DNA from: Pocillopora damicornis
Taxonomy: Eukaryota
Direction: 5' to 3'
DNA: 64,000 bases
Assembly: GCF_003704095.1 (NCBI RefSeq)
Contig: NW_020846227.1
Location: 62,001-126,000 of the forward strand
Shown: positions 24,937-39,653 of the stretch, piece after piece
How the letters are laid out: the number at the start of each line of letters is the position of its first letter
How positions within the stretch are numbered: position 1 is the stretch's first letter
Made by a program: the position numbers and the translations under genes
The notes under the pieces: model-generated
What the model was told of the DNA's origin: nothing
Databases searched by the model: none
The model's input: only the letters and a program-made list of their open reading frames with translations

Positions 24937-26524
24937 GCAGGCGAACTGTAGCAACTTGCCATTAGTAAAAAGCAGCATGTGTATCTTAAGTATAGATTAG
25001 TTGTTTCTTTCATACATTTTCAACTCAATAAAGTGATCAGAGAAGAAGAAAACCATGTTAACTTCAGTCAGGCTAGAAACTTCAATTTTGCCGGCCAGAC
25101 CTGTTTGGGACAAAAGATGAAAATTAGGGGAATTACAAGTGATTATGTAATTTTGTACTTTTTTTTCTTTTTTTATGCTAAAACGAGTTCTGAACAGAAA
25201 CTGACGCGCCAGTTTTTGTTTTTGTACAAAAAACACAAAACTTTTGTACAAAACCTTTTTAGGATACCCACATGTTGTTACATCATAATATGCTGTTTTG
25301 TTATACCATCTTTTTATAATCGAAATAAAAACTAAATTTAAAAAAGTGGCAAATTTGTGTTTGTTCCTATTCATTGGAAAACGCTTGGTAAAAGAGTACT
25401 GCACAATCAGAATGGAACTTGCTACTATTTAAGTTTGAGTAGCGATATTATGTCTCAAGGTCTGGTTCATAGCATCTTTTTCTTTTAATTCTAACAGAAT
25501 CCGATCCGAAGATAAAATTTTATAGAACATTCGTTTTGAAGTTTCGTTTGAACTGTGTTGCGTTGATCTAATTGTCTATCCTTGAAAGACAATTTTATCA
25601 ACACGGAAGTAGTCGCGTTATGTTTAGCAGTTTCCAGAAGTCGATTAGCAAGTTTTGTAAATGTAACGTGACACTTATTTGTAAAGGGAATGAGTCCTTT
25701 TCTACAACGGACGTCAAAGAGAGAGAATAAAACGTTCTGTGTGGAGGTTTTCCACACAATTTAAAGAGAGAGAATAAAACACAAAAGAGAGATATTAAAA
25801 AGAAAAGGACGGGCAAAACGGGTCGGAAAAACCAAGGAAAGGTGAACTCAAGGGGGGATACTGGGTAAGAACTAATGTACATCGTTGCAATTCTTAGAGA
25901 TTAATCTCTTTTACCGGAATATCTTCGACCACGACCATTTAATCTTCTCACTGCCGCTCGAGACATGCACGTTATCCTATCCTGAGGACGAAAAATAAGT
26001 TCACCTCTCCATTTTGTCTCTAGTAAAACGCTCCTCCAAGTATTTGAAGGGACGTTAATAGAGAAGAGGAAGGATAAACTATCACAACCTTCCCCCTCTT
26101 CACCCTCCCCCCCCCCCTCCAGTGAAGGGGCGTTAATGGAGAGGGGAATGATAAACCGTCACAACCTTCCCCTCTTTCCCCCCTCTCTCCACCTTCCCCA
26201 ACCCCTCCCTCTCCCCCTAAATACAAAGTCAGAGGTAACTGAATTTTACTATATACTCGCGGACTGGGAGAATCGAAGTAAGTTTAGATGAACAGATTCC
26301 TCCGTAGCTTGAATCAAGTCGTGATTGACCGTTTTAATTTGCAGTAAATGAATGAAGTCAATTACCATATCTAAAAACTGACGTAAAGTGTCGTCAGAGT
26401 CATAAGCGAAACACATGCCTTTAGCGTATAAACACATGTCCGCCATTTTCCAGCTGTGTAGCCGAACCTTCACGTGATAAGCGCGGTTACGCTCCCAGAA
26501 TTTCCTTATCTTTTTCAATTCATC

Positions 26525-29500
26525 ATGGCCTCCGAACGAAGTGACGAAGCGGTTTGTGAACAAAACGGGCAACAAAGTAATAGCCAGGTTCAAAATGGAA
26601 CGGCGGGGAACAACGACCAACAAAACAATCAGCCTCAACAGCAACAGCAGCAGCCACAACAAGAACAAGGTTCTATGTGGAAGAGTCTTCTAATTCGAAT
26701 GTTCATCTTTTGGCTCATTTCAAATTTGTTTCGTGGTCGACAGCAACAGGGCACAAACACGAACGTGATCGCCTCTACAAACCTGTTTAAAACGGATCAG
26801 AAAATAGTGAGTTAATCTTGTCCAATAACTGTCAACTTAGATTGATCAATGGTAGTCAAAAGCTGTTTTTTTCAAACAAATTTGACGAGATTTCTAGAGG
26901 AGTCGATGTCGCTCGCGTGCATGCATGAAGCCGGTTGGTACATGATCGGGCATAAATTTTTTTGTGTGTAAGAAGTAAGTGATGTACTTTTTCTTCCAGT
27001 ATTTCCGGGCGGAGATCTTAGAAAAATTAAAATTATATTCCCATTAATTTAGAATTGTTTGATTACGATTCAAAGTTTCATCCGGTGAGGACTGCCTTGA
27101 TATGTACAAGTGAGGTTCGCTTCCTAGGAGGGTGGTTTTTAACGAGTGTGGTATCTTCGGGAGTGTTTCATAATTTTCAACTTAGGCCTTAAATGTAGTT
27201 ATTTCTATTTTTTAGAACGTTTCAAACGAAGTTAGAAAAAGTTTGAAGACCTTAAAAATAACAAATTTAAAATAATTAATCTAATTTAAATCAGCGTTTT
27301 CTTTCGCTTACAAAATTAACAATGACTTAAAGAGTGACCAGCTTCTAATTTCTCCTTACAGTAATACTCCAGAATCATTCATTGAGATCATGAGAATGAA
27401 GGAAATGATCGCTGAAGAGATATGCTTTGGTTGTTAAACAAATTCTCCTTGTGGGTTTCAAAGAAAATGTATAGATTGGAGTATGAAGAATATTAATGCT
27501 GATGTTAGGGCGTAAAGTGGTCTTTTTGTTACTGGTTTTTAATCCCTGTGTTATTATTGATACCTAATTTTTTAATGTTTCAATCTTTGCAGGAACTGTG
27601 GGTCTATTTGGCAGAAGAGCAACATTTTACTGATTTCAACAACAGTGAGAAACTTGTTTGGCATGAAAGAGGTCTTAAGTTTGGGAATTGGACAGATGGA
27701 CCTCAAATGGATGGTTCCCGTCTGTTCAGCACCAATATCCAGGCATCAGAGGTATAAAACCCACTAGGCCAGGACACCCTAAGTGCACCCTCTGTCACGT
27801 TTCCCCTACCTTGATGCATTTTGTCTCATTAAGTGTAACAAGTTCACCTTGGCTGTCACTAGTGTCTCCAAAATGATTTGACTTGTTTCTCAACAAAAGA
27901 ATGAATTCCTCTACTTATTTTGAAATTTAAAACTTTTGAGCACTGCAAAGAGTATTTTCCTGTGACAAAATGAATTATAGCTTTGGAGATAAACTTATCA
28001 ACACAGGGGTAACTTGTTATATCAAATGAGACAAACTTGTAATGATGGGGTAGATTTTACATTGTGGCAAACCCCCTTTTGTCTTTGGGACAATCAATTT
28101 GTGTGCTCTGTTATCAAAACAAGTTGCTGCAAATCAGTCTATCCCACAAATACAAGCTACAATCAGCATCAAAATAAGTTAACACAATATGTTTAATCAG
28201 TTCTTTGTTTTATGAGGAGAGTAACACTNNNNNNNNNNNNNNNNNNNNNNNNNNNNNNNNNNNNNNNNNNNNNNNNNNNNNNNNNNNNNNNNNNNNNNNN
28301 NNNNNNNNNNNNNNNNNNNNNNNNNNNNNNNNNNNNNNNNNNNNNNNNNNNNNNNNNNNNNNNNNNNNNNNNNNNNNNNNNNNNNNNNNNNNNNNNNNNN
28401 NNNNNNNNNNNNNNNNNNNNNNNNNNNNNNNNNNGGCAATGAGATACATTGCTCTTTCAACCTTTTAACCCCCTATGGTGACTAGCATCTGAATTCTCCT
28501 TACAGTATCACTCCTGAATCAAACATCTAGGTCATGAGAATAGAGGAGATGATCACTAACCATAGAAGGTCTTGATTGTGAAACAAATTCTCCTTTTCAG
28601 CACGTTAGGAAATACATAGAGAACAGTTTGGAGAATATGCATACTGATGTTAGGGTATGAAGGGTCAATGGGTGCAGTAATTGAACTTTTGTAATTCTTT
28701 CAACAGAGGATGCAGAACAATGGATCTCTTTACATTCATGTTTATGTAACAAAGACTGGCAGGTCACCTGACCCTATGCATCCAAAATTCAACAAGCTCG
28801 CTGTTGTAAATAGAAGTTTGTGTAAGTATTAATGACTCTAAGAAAAAAATCACTGCAGAAGGCAGATTCTGGAATTTTGATTTCAGGAGGATCCAGACTT
28901 AAATCCAGAAAACACCAAATTTTGTTTTGTTATTATACTAGACCCTAGACAAGCAAACTAAGGAATATTTAAAGTTAAATAAATTTAAATACAAATTAGC
29001 CTGTAAAAAAATAAACACGTTGATTGGGGGAGGTTTTCCTCAACCCTTGCCCCCCCAGATCTGGATCCATCATTGCATGGGTATCAGAAGTGTCTTGTGT
29101 CAGGGGTCTTGTTCATATTGAAATACAACTTAAGAGGCAGACTTAACTTTAAATGGAAGCCTGCGTTATAAAGCAATTGGCTTTTAACAATACATTGGCT
29201 GTCGCAAACTGTAACTGTTTTTGATAGTATCAGTGTTACATCACACTCTTCCCTTGCCAACCAATGGCCTCATTGCTTTGCATGCATGAAGGTGTGTAAC
29301 ACAGCATTCAGAGCCACTAAATTTCCCACAATTTTCTCATGGAATATGCACCCAGTTCCCTTTCCCCCCCTGAGCCCTTGTTCTTAGCATTGTAAGCCCC
29401 TAACTTGCTGGACCTAACCACATTCTCTCTACATGACTGTGAACTCTCATTTTTTTCTTCTATTTCAGTATTGACTGTTTATAGAAAAAAGCGAGTTCAT

Positions 29501-32500
29501 AAGACAGTAAACTTGTTAACTGGCGTGGCTGATGCTAATCCTGACATTGTGGTAAGCTGAGTATGTTTTAGCCAAAACACGGTTGTCATTAGAAGTTGGT
29601 AGGAGGCAGAAACCCACTGATTGTACAACTATTTTGTGAATTCTGATCAGAGACAGAAGAAATGTATCTTTGAACTGATTCTAATATCAATGTCTGGTTA
29701 CCCAGGTTACTCAAAAATGTCCCAGAATGTTGGAAATCATGTCTGAGAGAGTTTCAAATTTCTAATTTTTTGTGGGGTAACATTCCCCTAAACCCCTTGC
29801 GCTCCCTGCTCAGTTCAATTCATATTTTACCACAATTGGCAGTAATGTTGTAATCTGATTGGCCAATTTGTCATCATCAATAAGAGTACAGACAAACCTG
29901 CTTGCATTAACATGTCACACAATGGTCAGGCCATGGAAGAATTGTTTTATTTAATGTCAATATTGTGGTAAAAAAACAAATTGACAGTGGTTTAGCATGG
30001 TCTTTATTCTTATCAATGGCAATATTGGTCAGCACAGTGGTCAAAATTTGTTGCCGACTCACTCAGCTGTGCCCTGTGAGTCCACAACGTTTCAACCACA
30101 GAGGTGACAAATATCTTTGTCAATAAGAGTACAGACCTTGCTAAACCGCTGTTTTGTTAAATATATTACATTTTCTAATGACAACCCTGAAAAATAAGGT
30201 AGCCATTATGTTTCAATGTATTCTTGGCTCAGTTTATGAACTCACTTCCAAACCTTCTCACAGCAAGCACCTGACAGTAAGATGCCTGTTGAAATCATTT
30301 CATACTGGCACCCAAACCTGACGATCAATCTAATGGATGACCAGACTCCTTGGGTGCAGGGCTCTGTGCCGCAGCCAATGGATGAATGTAAGTGTATACA
30401 TAACAACATAGGGGCCAGTTGTTCAAAGGCTGATTAGCATTCACCCAAGGTTAAATTTTAATTTTATTTTTTTTATTAAGTTTATTCAAAAGCCTTTTTG
30501 AGATAATTTTCCCTATTTTTTTAGAGCATTTAATAATCAAATTCCAAACAAAAATTAGTATACTATATTTTTTTCTAAGGCTTTCAGTTGTCAAATCAGA
30601 TTTCACACTAAAACTGAGTCATCTTAACCTAGCTTTGAACAACCCTGTCCAGAGCCTCTTGATATCCTAAAGTCACAAAATGGTCAGTTGAAGTAACATT
30701 CCAGCAACTATAAAAATATCCCAAAGCCTCCGATTACACCACCAATCTTTAAACATGCAATGTGATAGTATGATAACATTGCCAGCTGAATTATCTGACA
30801 AGGAGGGAAGAAGAGGCAGATTTTAACTGATAGAAATCATGGAACATTACATCTTGACCCCCAAGAGTGACTAATAACTAATTTCTCTTTACATCACCCT
30901 GAATAAAACATGAAATTCACGAGAGTAAAGGAAATGGTCACAAACTGAAAAAGCCTTTGGTTACTGAACTTATTCTCCTTGTCAGCACCTTTGGAAATGT
31001 GTAGTGAACAGTACGGCGAATAATTATACATACTGATGTTAGTGTGTAGAAGTTAGTGCAAGGAGAACGGTAAACATAAATGAAAAAAACAAAAACTTCT
31101 TCCCCAAAAAAAAAAATGACATCCAAAGGGTTAAGACCTGTAATGCCCTGTATTAAAAAAAGAGACAGCTTGCAATACAGTCGTGCCTGAGTTAAGCGGT
31201 CACCCACGGGGAATGGCGTTAGGGACCGGTTAATATAGGTTCCACAGGGGTAGACTTATACTTAGGGGTATTGTATAAAACGATACACAACACCAATTTA
31301 TGCCATAATTGACCACTAGTTGTACATAATCTCGCTAAAAAATACTCAGGACTTGGGAGATAAACAAGGAGTTATAGCTGACTGATTCCTCTTTCGGTGA
31401 TTGTTCAACACTGGTGGAAAACTAGAAAAACAAGCTGTTAGGAATTAGTAATGGGTGACCGCGACCACTTAATAGAGGTGAAAATTACATTGATTAAGGG
31501 GAAACACATTCGTGACTTTGACAACTGACCGCTTAATACAGGGGGACCGGTGCTGCATAATACAGGTTTGACTTTATTTGATAACCTAATTTTCTTCCAT
31601 TTTCAGTTCTTGCCTTTGAAAACATAACAGGCAAATACTATCCTGTTCTGTATTTAAACAAGTACTGGAATCTGGCCAGTGACTACATGCCAATCAATGA
31701 AACCACAAAGTAAGTGTTTTAAATATTTCGTGGAAAGTTTGTGAATTTAAGCATGTTGTGACTATTTCTCGGCAGTCATATCGTATGGAGCAATTTCGAT
31801 CGAGTGTCCAACGTAATCCGGGATTGCTGTGTTTGTGCTCTACTTTGCTCTATGATTGGTCCAGAAAACTTGCGTCACCCTCTCTCAACCAATCAGATGC
31901 AGAACTATTACCAATAATTGCTTGGTCGTCCGCGTTTTCCCGCGCTTTAGGCAGTTTGATTATTTTTATTGCGCGTTCTCATTGGCTCTCTGGGTATTTT
32001 CCTTGGGTATTTTCCTGGGTATTTTTCCTTTCCCGCACGTCTCGAGGACACAACGTCTTGCCCCGGCTAGGACTAGAACCCGGGTTGTCCGACTCGAAGC
32101 CCAGTGCACTGACCACTGGACTACTGGACAAAGCCGTGGCGTTAGCGTACCCGCGGTACAGTTGACCAAGCATGTTAAAAGTAGCACCTTGTACGGTCGT
32201 ACATCCAAATTTTTTCGGCTTGATGGGTTGCTACTATTTTGTATAATTATGGGGCTACGCTCTGCGAGCTCCGCTATTATTTTGTGGTACCCTGTGAGTT
32301 CTGCCAACCCTAACTCTGCAGAGTTTAATGCAAGTTAGCTGTAATAACCAATCACATGGCTCGAAAAATCACAAACATGTATATCAAATACAATAAATTC
32401 TTTATGATGGATTTTGCTGTCCAAAGCAACTTACAACAAAGTTAATTTCACGCTCACCTTTTATACAGAGGAAAAAACCTGAGTGTTCGTAGATATGGAG

Positions 32501-35500
32501 TGTTTAACTCGATGTCTCATGAGTGAGCGCAGCGGACGAGTGAGATATCGAGTGGAATACGAAAGAGAAATTTCCTATCTGCACGCCATAGTACTACTTT
32601 GTTTATTACATAAATCCCGTTTGCCTTTCTTGCGAAAGGAAAGTGATGTGTCAGCAACTGATTGGCGATATCAATCATGTGAGAGGTTATCGTTATTTTA
32701 CGCGTGTGCAGTTACGGCTTCTCTCAGGGCTGAAAAGCCTTATAAAACACCACAGTTCATGTAGTAAACAATATAGTTATTTTCATGCTCTTGCAAATTG
32801 GAAATGTGACGTTGACATGCATAAGTTTTTGGGAATCACTCAAACCGAAAAAAGTAACATGTTTTTTTGTTCTTTCGACAGAACCCTCGAGTTACACTTG
32901 ACCTACAGTCCCATATCACTGTTCAGATGGCAAATGTACGAGTCTCAAAGAATGAGACAAAAATGGTTTTCAGTTTTAGGAGATGAACCAGAACAGACTG
33001 AGGAAGAGCAGGATTCTATTAAGGTGTGGTTTAGGTTGTAAAAAGTGTCTCGTTTATGTAGAACAACTTCACGCAAGTGTCTAAGGATATTCAGAATTGC
33101 TCTGGTTTTCGTTTACCTCGCTATGTGATTGTTCCGGAAAACTGACGCCACTTACTCAACCAATCAGTTTTAAGACTTGTTGCCCTTAGAGGAGTTTCCT
33201 TGTGTCTAATTTGCGTTTTCATTGGCTAGAACATATTTTACTTTGTTCTGATTGGCTGTTGTGATTACTATCAATTTGTTTTAGTTTTACGATACTCAAT
33301 CGAAAAGCACTCTAGACAATTAGTAATTTTTTTATTATTAATTTTGCGTATTGATTTTGCGTATTGATTTTGCATATTTAATTTTGCGTATTAATTTTGC
33401 ATATTTAATTTTGCGTATTAATTTTGCAAATTTAATTTTGCAAATTTAATTTTGCATATTTAATTTTGCACATCAATTTTGCATTTGAACACAGAGAGCT
33501 TTGGTGGAAACAAACCCATACCTACTTGGCATCACTATGATTGTTACATTGGTTCACACTGTCTTTGAATTTCTGGCTTTTAAGAATGGTGAGCAATTGT
33601 TTCCAGTTTTATCCTAAAATGTTGACCATAGTGGAACTAGAACAAACAATCCGTCTTGGAGAATTAGATTTGTTGGTGGGAAAGCCGTTTTTCAAGGTCA
33701 TCTTTTCAGTGATTACGATCCAGAGCCAGCTGAATTTGAATGCAATCCCAGAGAAAGGACCAGCATGTTTTCCTCTGCTACTCCTCTTTGATAAGCCAAC
33801 ACATATTTGTAGAGAAGATTTTACCACAGCGGAACATAGTTATTAGATTTCTGTAGAATAAATATGGGAGACGTTTTGGCGTAACTGTTCGGTTGATGGC
33901 TAGGGTATTGTGTTATCTTACTAGACAAGACAATTAAATCTTAAAGTGCAGGAATTGTGCAGTTTTTAGAGCACTCGGCTTTCTTCTCCTTCCTTTCTCT
34001 CCATTAAATCTCTTCTTGATGCTTTCAGACATCCAATTCTGGCGAAGCCGGAAGACTTTAGAAGGCCTGTCTGTGCGTTCCGTGTTCTTCAATGTATTCC
34101 AGTCTGTGATTGTTCTCTTGTACGTTATGGACAATGAGACCAATACTGTTGTGATTATCAGCTGTTTTGTGGGACTTTTGATAGAAATTTGGAAAATCAA
34201 CAAAGCCGTTGACGTTAAGGTAAGTGTTCCAGATTTAAAGGAATGTGCTGATATTGTCACAACGACTGTTCTCAATAAATGCGCTTATTTTCTCTGCCTA
34301 TTTGCTTAAAGAGGAACACTTAAAGCAAAAAAAAAAAAGTCAGTTTCACCGTACCATCTGGTGATCCGATAGCCTGGGCTTGGTCACTGAGTTGTGTTCC
34401 TAGGCAACGAGTAAAGACACCAACGAGTAGGAATAGGTACCGGCCGACAGTCGTCTTAATTATATAGAGCTTTTGAGATAGCTAATGGTGCAATTTACAG
34501 TTGTGTGCTTGGTTGCCAGGCCTTTGAACAGGAGTGAGGCTAATGGTAACCCTGTTATGATACAAACCTTACTGCTTTTCAAATGTAAATTACTTTGTTA
34601 TCATGCCAACCAGATACTGGTCTCCATCACATCATGGTCACCTTCAGCCTCACTCCAAATCAAAGGCTTGGCAACTAAGTACACAACCGTAAAATGGCCT
34701 ATTGATTGAAGGGAGTTGTTTGTCTCCTTTGATAACTGATATACTTTGATTTTTAGGTGGATAGAGAAAATCCTTGGTTTGGTGTTATACCAAGAATTCG
34801 CTTTGATGACAAAGAAACGTACGTGGAGTCGGAAACAAAACAGTACGACATGGTAAGGGGGCTCTCTCATTTCATTTTTCAGTTGAAACGAGAAGAATAA
34901 ATGCATACTGGTGAGGTCTTGTTGTTCCCTTGAAAGTTAAATCCATCGTCAGGCTAAAACAGATCAAGGAAGCTTGCTAAGGAAACGGGATAAGCCTCGT
35001 CAAACAAACTACTAAAACATACTAAGATGTTGTTCTTTTAAAAAGCCTCCACAGTAATTTGAATGTCTGAACTATTGTGGAGCTGATCTAATAGTTTTGT
35101 TTCCCATACTTGCTTCTCAGATGGCGTTCAAGTATTTGTCGTGGGCGCTATTTCCGTTGTTGGTCTGTTACGCAGTATATTCACTGTTATTCGTTGAACA
35201 CAAGGGTTGGTATTCCTGGGTCCTCAGCATGCTTTATGGCTTCCTTCTGACCTTTGGTAAGTGTTTTCCTTTTGGTAAAGAAGCTTTAGCCTGTTCCTGG
35301 CGTTCAGTTGGTTTAAAATAGCGCACTAGTAGAACGGCGGGATAACAGCGGCGAAGCAAATTAAGGAGGGAAGCTTGGGTCTGGTCTCGTGACGAATAAC
35401 CGGCCCAACTTCCCTCCTTTTTTCAACCCGACCCAGACTACCTTTCGTTTTTTCTTGCCGTTGCTTCCATCGTGACTTTTGTCAGAACGCTTTGTTGTAG

Positions 35501-37050
35501 GAAGTGTACGCTTAGCACAGGCCAAGCAACATAGGTAATGTTCATCACAAATAGGTCACTTCTTTTTTAGACTAAAACCAACATGAACTCATTGGCCTTT
35601 GAAAACAAAAAGGAAGTTAAGAAAAGTATCACAAGAAAAAAGTTAGAACTAAGAGATTTTAATTCCTTCAAACATGGCAGATCTTCAAGTGCGCGGGTAT
35701 ACACCAATGATCAAGTTGCAATTGCTGTTAGATCTGTCTGATTGATTATGATAATGGCGCAAGCTTTTTACACCAACAACTCAGCGAAGGAAAGCAAAAC
35801 CAATGCTTAGCACTTTCCATATTTGATTTTAGACCGTTTTAACTGAGCGTCCTCTTTGTGCAACTTTGGAGACGAGGTTTCTGTTATGAAACAAAAGTTA
35901 AATCCTACCTTGTAGACATCATTTAAAAGTTATCAGTTTGAGATTTTTGCCAATAAATTTAACTTTTTAACCTCTAAGATTGATAAGCATTTAAGTTCTC
36001 TCATCAGTGTCACCTTTAAATCAAACATTAAGGTCATGAGAATAAAGGAAATCATCGCGAACTTAAGAGGCTCATGATTATTAGACAAATTCTCCTTCTA
36101 AGAACCATAGGAAATGTATAGTGAACGGTATGGAGAACCTGCATACTGATGTTGGGGTGTAAAGTGTTCATTGTGTACCCTTGTTGAATATCTCCTCAGG
36201 ATTCATTATGATGACTCCGCAGCTGTTTATCAATTATAAGCTAAAATCTGTGGCTCACCTTCCCTGGCGCATGATGACGTACAAGGCTCTGAACACCTTT
36301 ATCGATGATCTTTTCGCTTTTGTCATCAAAATGCCAACTTTATACCGCTTGGGATGCTTCAGAGATGGTAAGTTATTTTCAAGGTGAACTGAACTAAGAA
36401 GACCTTTTTTTGTAGCAGTGAAAACTCGAGACACGTTCTCTGATAAGCATACGATCATGTTAGTCCTATTTATCAAATAAACTGCGGTGTTTTACAAGGA
36501 TTTCCAGCCTTGAGAAAATCCATAACAGCACCTGTGTAAAATTAAAATAATTTTTTACGCGTGTTTGATATCGCCAATCAGCTGATGACACAGCACTCGC
36601 CTTTCGCGCCGCTCCGGCAGGTCGATGAATGAAGAGCAAAATGTTCACCATTCTAAATCTAAGGCCGTCTGTCGAATTTCCTTGTCAGAAAAGGACTATT
36701 GTGTTTATATTAGTAAACAAAATATTACATGGTTGCCTACAGATATGTAATCTCTCTTGTTGTGTTGAAAACTCGAAGAGCAATTGCGCACATGTATTTT
36801 TCTCGAATTAATTGTCAATGAAGTTGAACTCAGCTTTATTTGTTATGTTTCCATCACAGATATTGTTTTCTTCATCTACTTGTACCAGCGATGGATCTAT
36901 CCCATCGACCCGAAACGTGTTAATGAATTTGGCCTAACTGGTGAACCTGTGGATAACACTGACACAGCAGATCCAAATGAAGCAAAACCTTCTGAAGATG
37001 GCGCTGTAACAACTGGTGCTGAAGTCGTGTCAGATAAAAAGAATGATTAA
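26525..37050 (+). CDS. CLPTM1: Cleft lip and palate transmembrane protein 1 homolog; 13 coding exons: 26525-26806, 27593-27751, 28707-28821, 29469-29551, 30264-30387, 31607-31709, 32882-33023, 33495-33588, 34029-34219, 34757-34852, 35121-35256, 36200-36367, 36860-37050
   Basis: Conserved blocks QNNGSLYIH, ISYWHPNLTINL, ETNPYLL, FEFLAFKNDIQFW, GFIMMTPQLFINYKLKSVAHLPWR, YLYQRWIYPIDPKRVNEFG; C-terminal KKND (KKxx ER-retrieval motif). Confidence 0.93.
33340..33487. repeat. 14-15 bp minisatellite (ATTTTGCATATTTA-like) directly upstream of a CLPTM1 acceptor
   Basis: About 10 tandem units visible. Confidence 0.9.
34484..34703. mobile_element. MITE with ~55-bp imperfect TIRs in a CLPTM1 intron
   Basis: ATTTACAGTTGTGTGCTTGGTTGCCAGGCCTTTGA...GGAGTGAGGC mirrored by GCCTCACTCC...TCAAAGGCTTGGCAACTAAGTACACAACCGTAAAAT. 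Confidence 0.65.
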
Positions 37051-37298
37051 TTCCGTGAACTGTATGCAATTTTAAGTAAAATGCGGAGTTATTTAAACTT
37101 CAAATTCAACCATTTTGCTGTAGAAGCGTTCACCTATTGTATGGAAATATTATTTATGTTCCATTACAGTGTTGACGATTTCCGTGTTCTTCAATGTTTC
37201 ATGTATTTATCCAATGCAGTGACGTACCAAAAAATTTAAACTCTAGCATGATCGTTGACATTGTTTGTATGGGATGCAAATAGCACTACGCGTCTTGA

Positions 37299-37501
37299 CC
37301 CTTGAACGCTTAAGAGTGACTGGCATCTGATTTCTCCCCACCATATCAGCCCTGAATCAAACATACGGTCAACGAGAATAAAGGAAATGATCACCTACTA
37401 AAAAAGCTCTTGATTTTTAAACAAATTCTCCTTGTCAGCAACTTAGGAAACGTGTAGAGAACAGTATGGAGACTATGCATACTGATGTTAGGGTGAAAAG
37501 G
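37299..37501. mobile_element. piggyBac-like MITE (family C)
   Basis: CCCTT...AAGAGTGACTGGCATCTGATTTCTCC...TACTGATGTTAGGGTGAAAAGG-TTAA; homologous copies at ~6541-7045 (interrupted), ~27328-27517, ~28469-28665, ~30858-31055, ~35968-36167, ~53845-54034 (rev), ~63155-63290. Confidence 0.7.
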
Positions 37502-39653
37502 TTAAAGAGGAGTTTTTTAGCAGAGTGTCGAAAGGAATCCGGGTTTGCACTGATGTTAATTCCCTTCTCTTTGGGGATCACATGGTTTTTCAGGGGGAGC
37601 AATGGGGGATTGGCCGTCGCCAACAGAGTGTAAATGAGGGGCTATAGAAAATCGGCGGCTTATCAACCGCCAGTGAGTGGCAAACGGGATTGTAAGAATA
37701 TGGGAAAGTCTTATGGGGGAAGGATTAGGTAAGTTTGCTCAAAATACCAAAATACTTCCACCCTACCCCCTCCCTCCCCAAATTAGGTGATGAATAATAG
37801 GTTGTCTTTACTTTGGATATTCATGGCCTTCTTTTGATTCAGTGTAAATCTCTTTATTAGTCGACCGTTACGATGACTTTAATTTTGGTGTAATGGAACG
37901 ATGTGCGATCTACTATGATTTTTGAAAAAAATCGAGTCGCCTGATTCAGTTACTAAGTTTAAACTGATCCACGTTGCAACTTGAAAGTCAGTAATACATG
38001 CGTAATATCGAAAGGGGCCCAAACATTTTGTAAATGCAGTTTTACTTGTGGTAGTGACTAGGCGGTCAGGAAAAATGAAGTCAAATGATCTAAGAGGTGA
38101 AATTTCCCTCAATTAACTCCGAGCAAAAAACAGTTTTGTCTATACCATGATGTCATGAAACGTGGCCTCTGGCCCTTGGGACCCAGTTCACTTGATATAT
38201 CACAGAAAGAGCTTCGCTTCAACACCAGTTTGAATGGCGGAGAAAAAGCGTTGAGCGCACATGTCACTCATATTTCCAAACGTATTTGGACACACGTCAA
38301 TATTCGTCGGCATGGCAACTTCGAGAACGTGCACACAGGCCATGCTCACAGTCTTTGAAGTCAATAACGTCAAGTCGCTCACTGTATGGTCTTTTGTTAT
38401 TTTTTTAGTTTTTTTGCCATGTGTTGTTTTTGTTTTTGTTTTCTTGTATATTTTTGTGTTAGTGGGTTCGCGTCAGCGCCAAGAGAGACTGAACTTTCCA
38501 AATTCATTTTCCAATTGAACAGGTGGAATTTACAACCAGCTTAATTTTAAGGAGGCATCGAATGTCAGTGAATGAACTTTCGATGGAAATTTTAGAAAAC
38601 CGGACATTTTATGTGTCGGATCCCCAATTGAAAAAAACTCACGTTTTGCGTGTGCTAACTCCATAACCAGGAAAAATAGTTTTTTCTGAAAATTCATGTA
38701 AATTAGTGTTTATAGATGGAACTCGTCCGTCAAGCAGACGTTTGGAGAATAAGAGAACGTTGATCAATTTCAGTTGAGACTCTTGGTCCGTGAAAAGTGT
38801 CGTGCATTATGCCATTTTTTTTTCTTGTTGTTTTGACACGCTATCAAGGGAAAATGACAGAGGGAACTAGAAAATAATGCAATGAGATTAAAAAAAACGC
38901 ATGTTTGAAATGTGTCAACGTTAAAGAACTAGATAAGTCTGCGTGGTTAAAGAAGGCAAAATCATGTACGAACAGGGTGCCTATTCGAAATTATTTTTTT
39001 TTCGGTGATAAAGTGGTGTTTAGAACTTTCACCGACTCATAGAATAATTTTTTAAAGTCATCGCTTTCGTTTTTTTATTCAACACTTTAACTCAAGATCA
39101 AAACGAAATATGCAAATGTGTTAGGCGTATGCAATTTACTTAGAACATGTGAAAAGTTAAAAAATAATTAATATGCAAATTATATCAAACTGATGTTATT
39201 TAATTCAAACAGGTTGGGATATCTTTCTCCGTTTTGTCTATTCCAAATGGAATCAAAATATCATTAAGTCACGCTTATTCTCACAAATAATCTAACGGGC
39301 TTGAACTGTTCTCAAGAAACCAAAGTTAGAAATGTCTTTCTAGTTACGAAACCTGAACAAGAGCATCTCGTAAACTGACAAAAGCTGAGTTTGGACGGGA
39401 CGGCTGTTAGGTGTATTTCATCTATCCCTTACGGCTTAACTTGAAAAGATTACTTGTTTTTCTCCTGTTTGATCATCCTTAACTGTGATACATTGCAAAG
39501 CTGCAGTTTGCTTGCAGTACTGGTTAAGGGAACTGCTAGGCTCTCAGATTTGAGCGCGTGTGTACGGTACTTTGCGGTTGGCTGGATTCAGATACGGAAT
39601 TGCGTTGAAAACCGCTCTCGGTCAGCTGTGAAACAGAACAGAAAACATCAGCA

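Noticed and set aside
21878-28468. ORFs containing long X runs
   Set aside because: Artefacts of assembly gaps (21996-22174, 23440-23539, 28229-28434).
31758-32338. 135-aa and 160-aa ORFs in a CLPTM1 intron
   Set aside because: They span nested non-coding repeats, including a tRNA-derived SINE head; no protein motifs.
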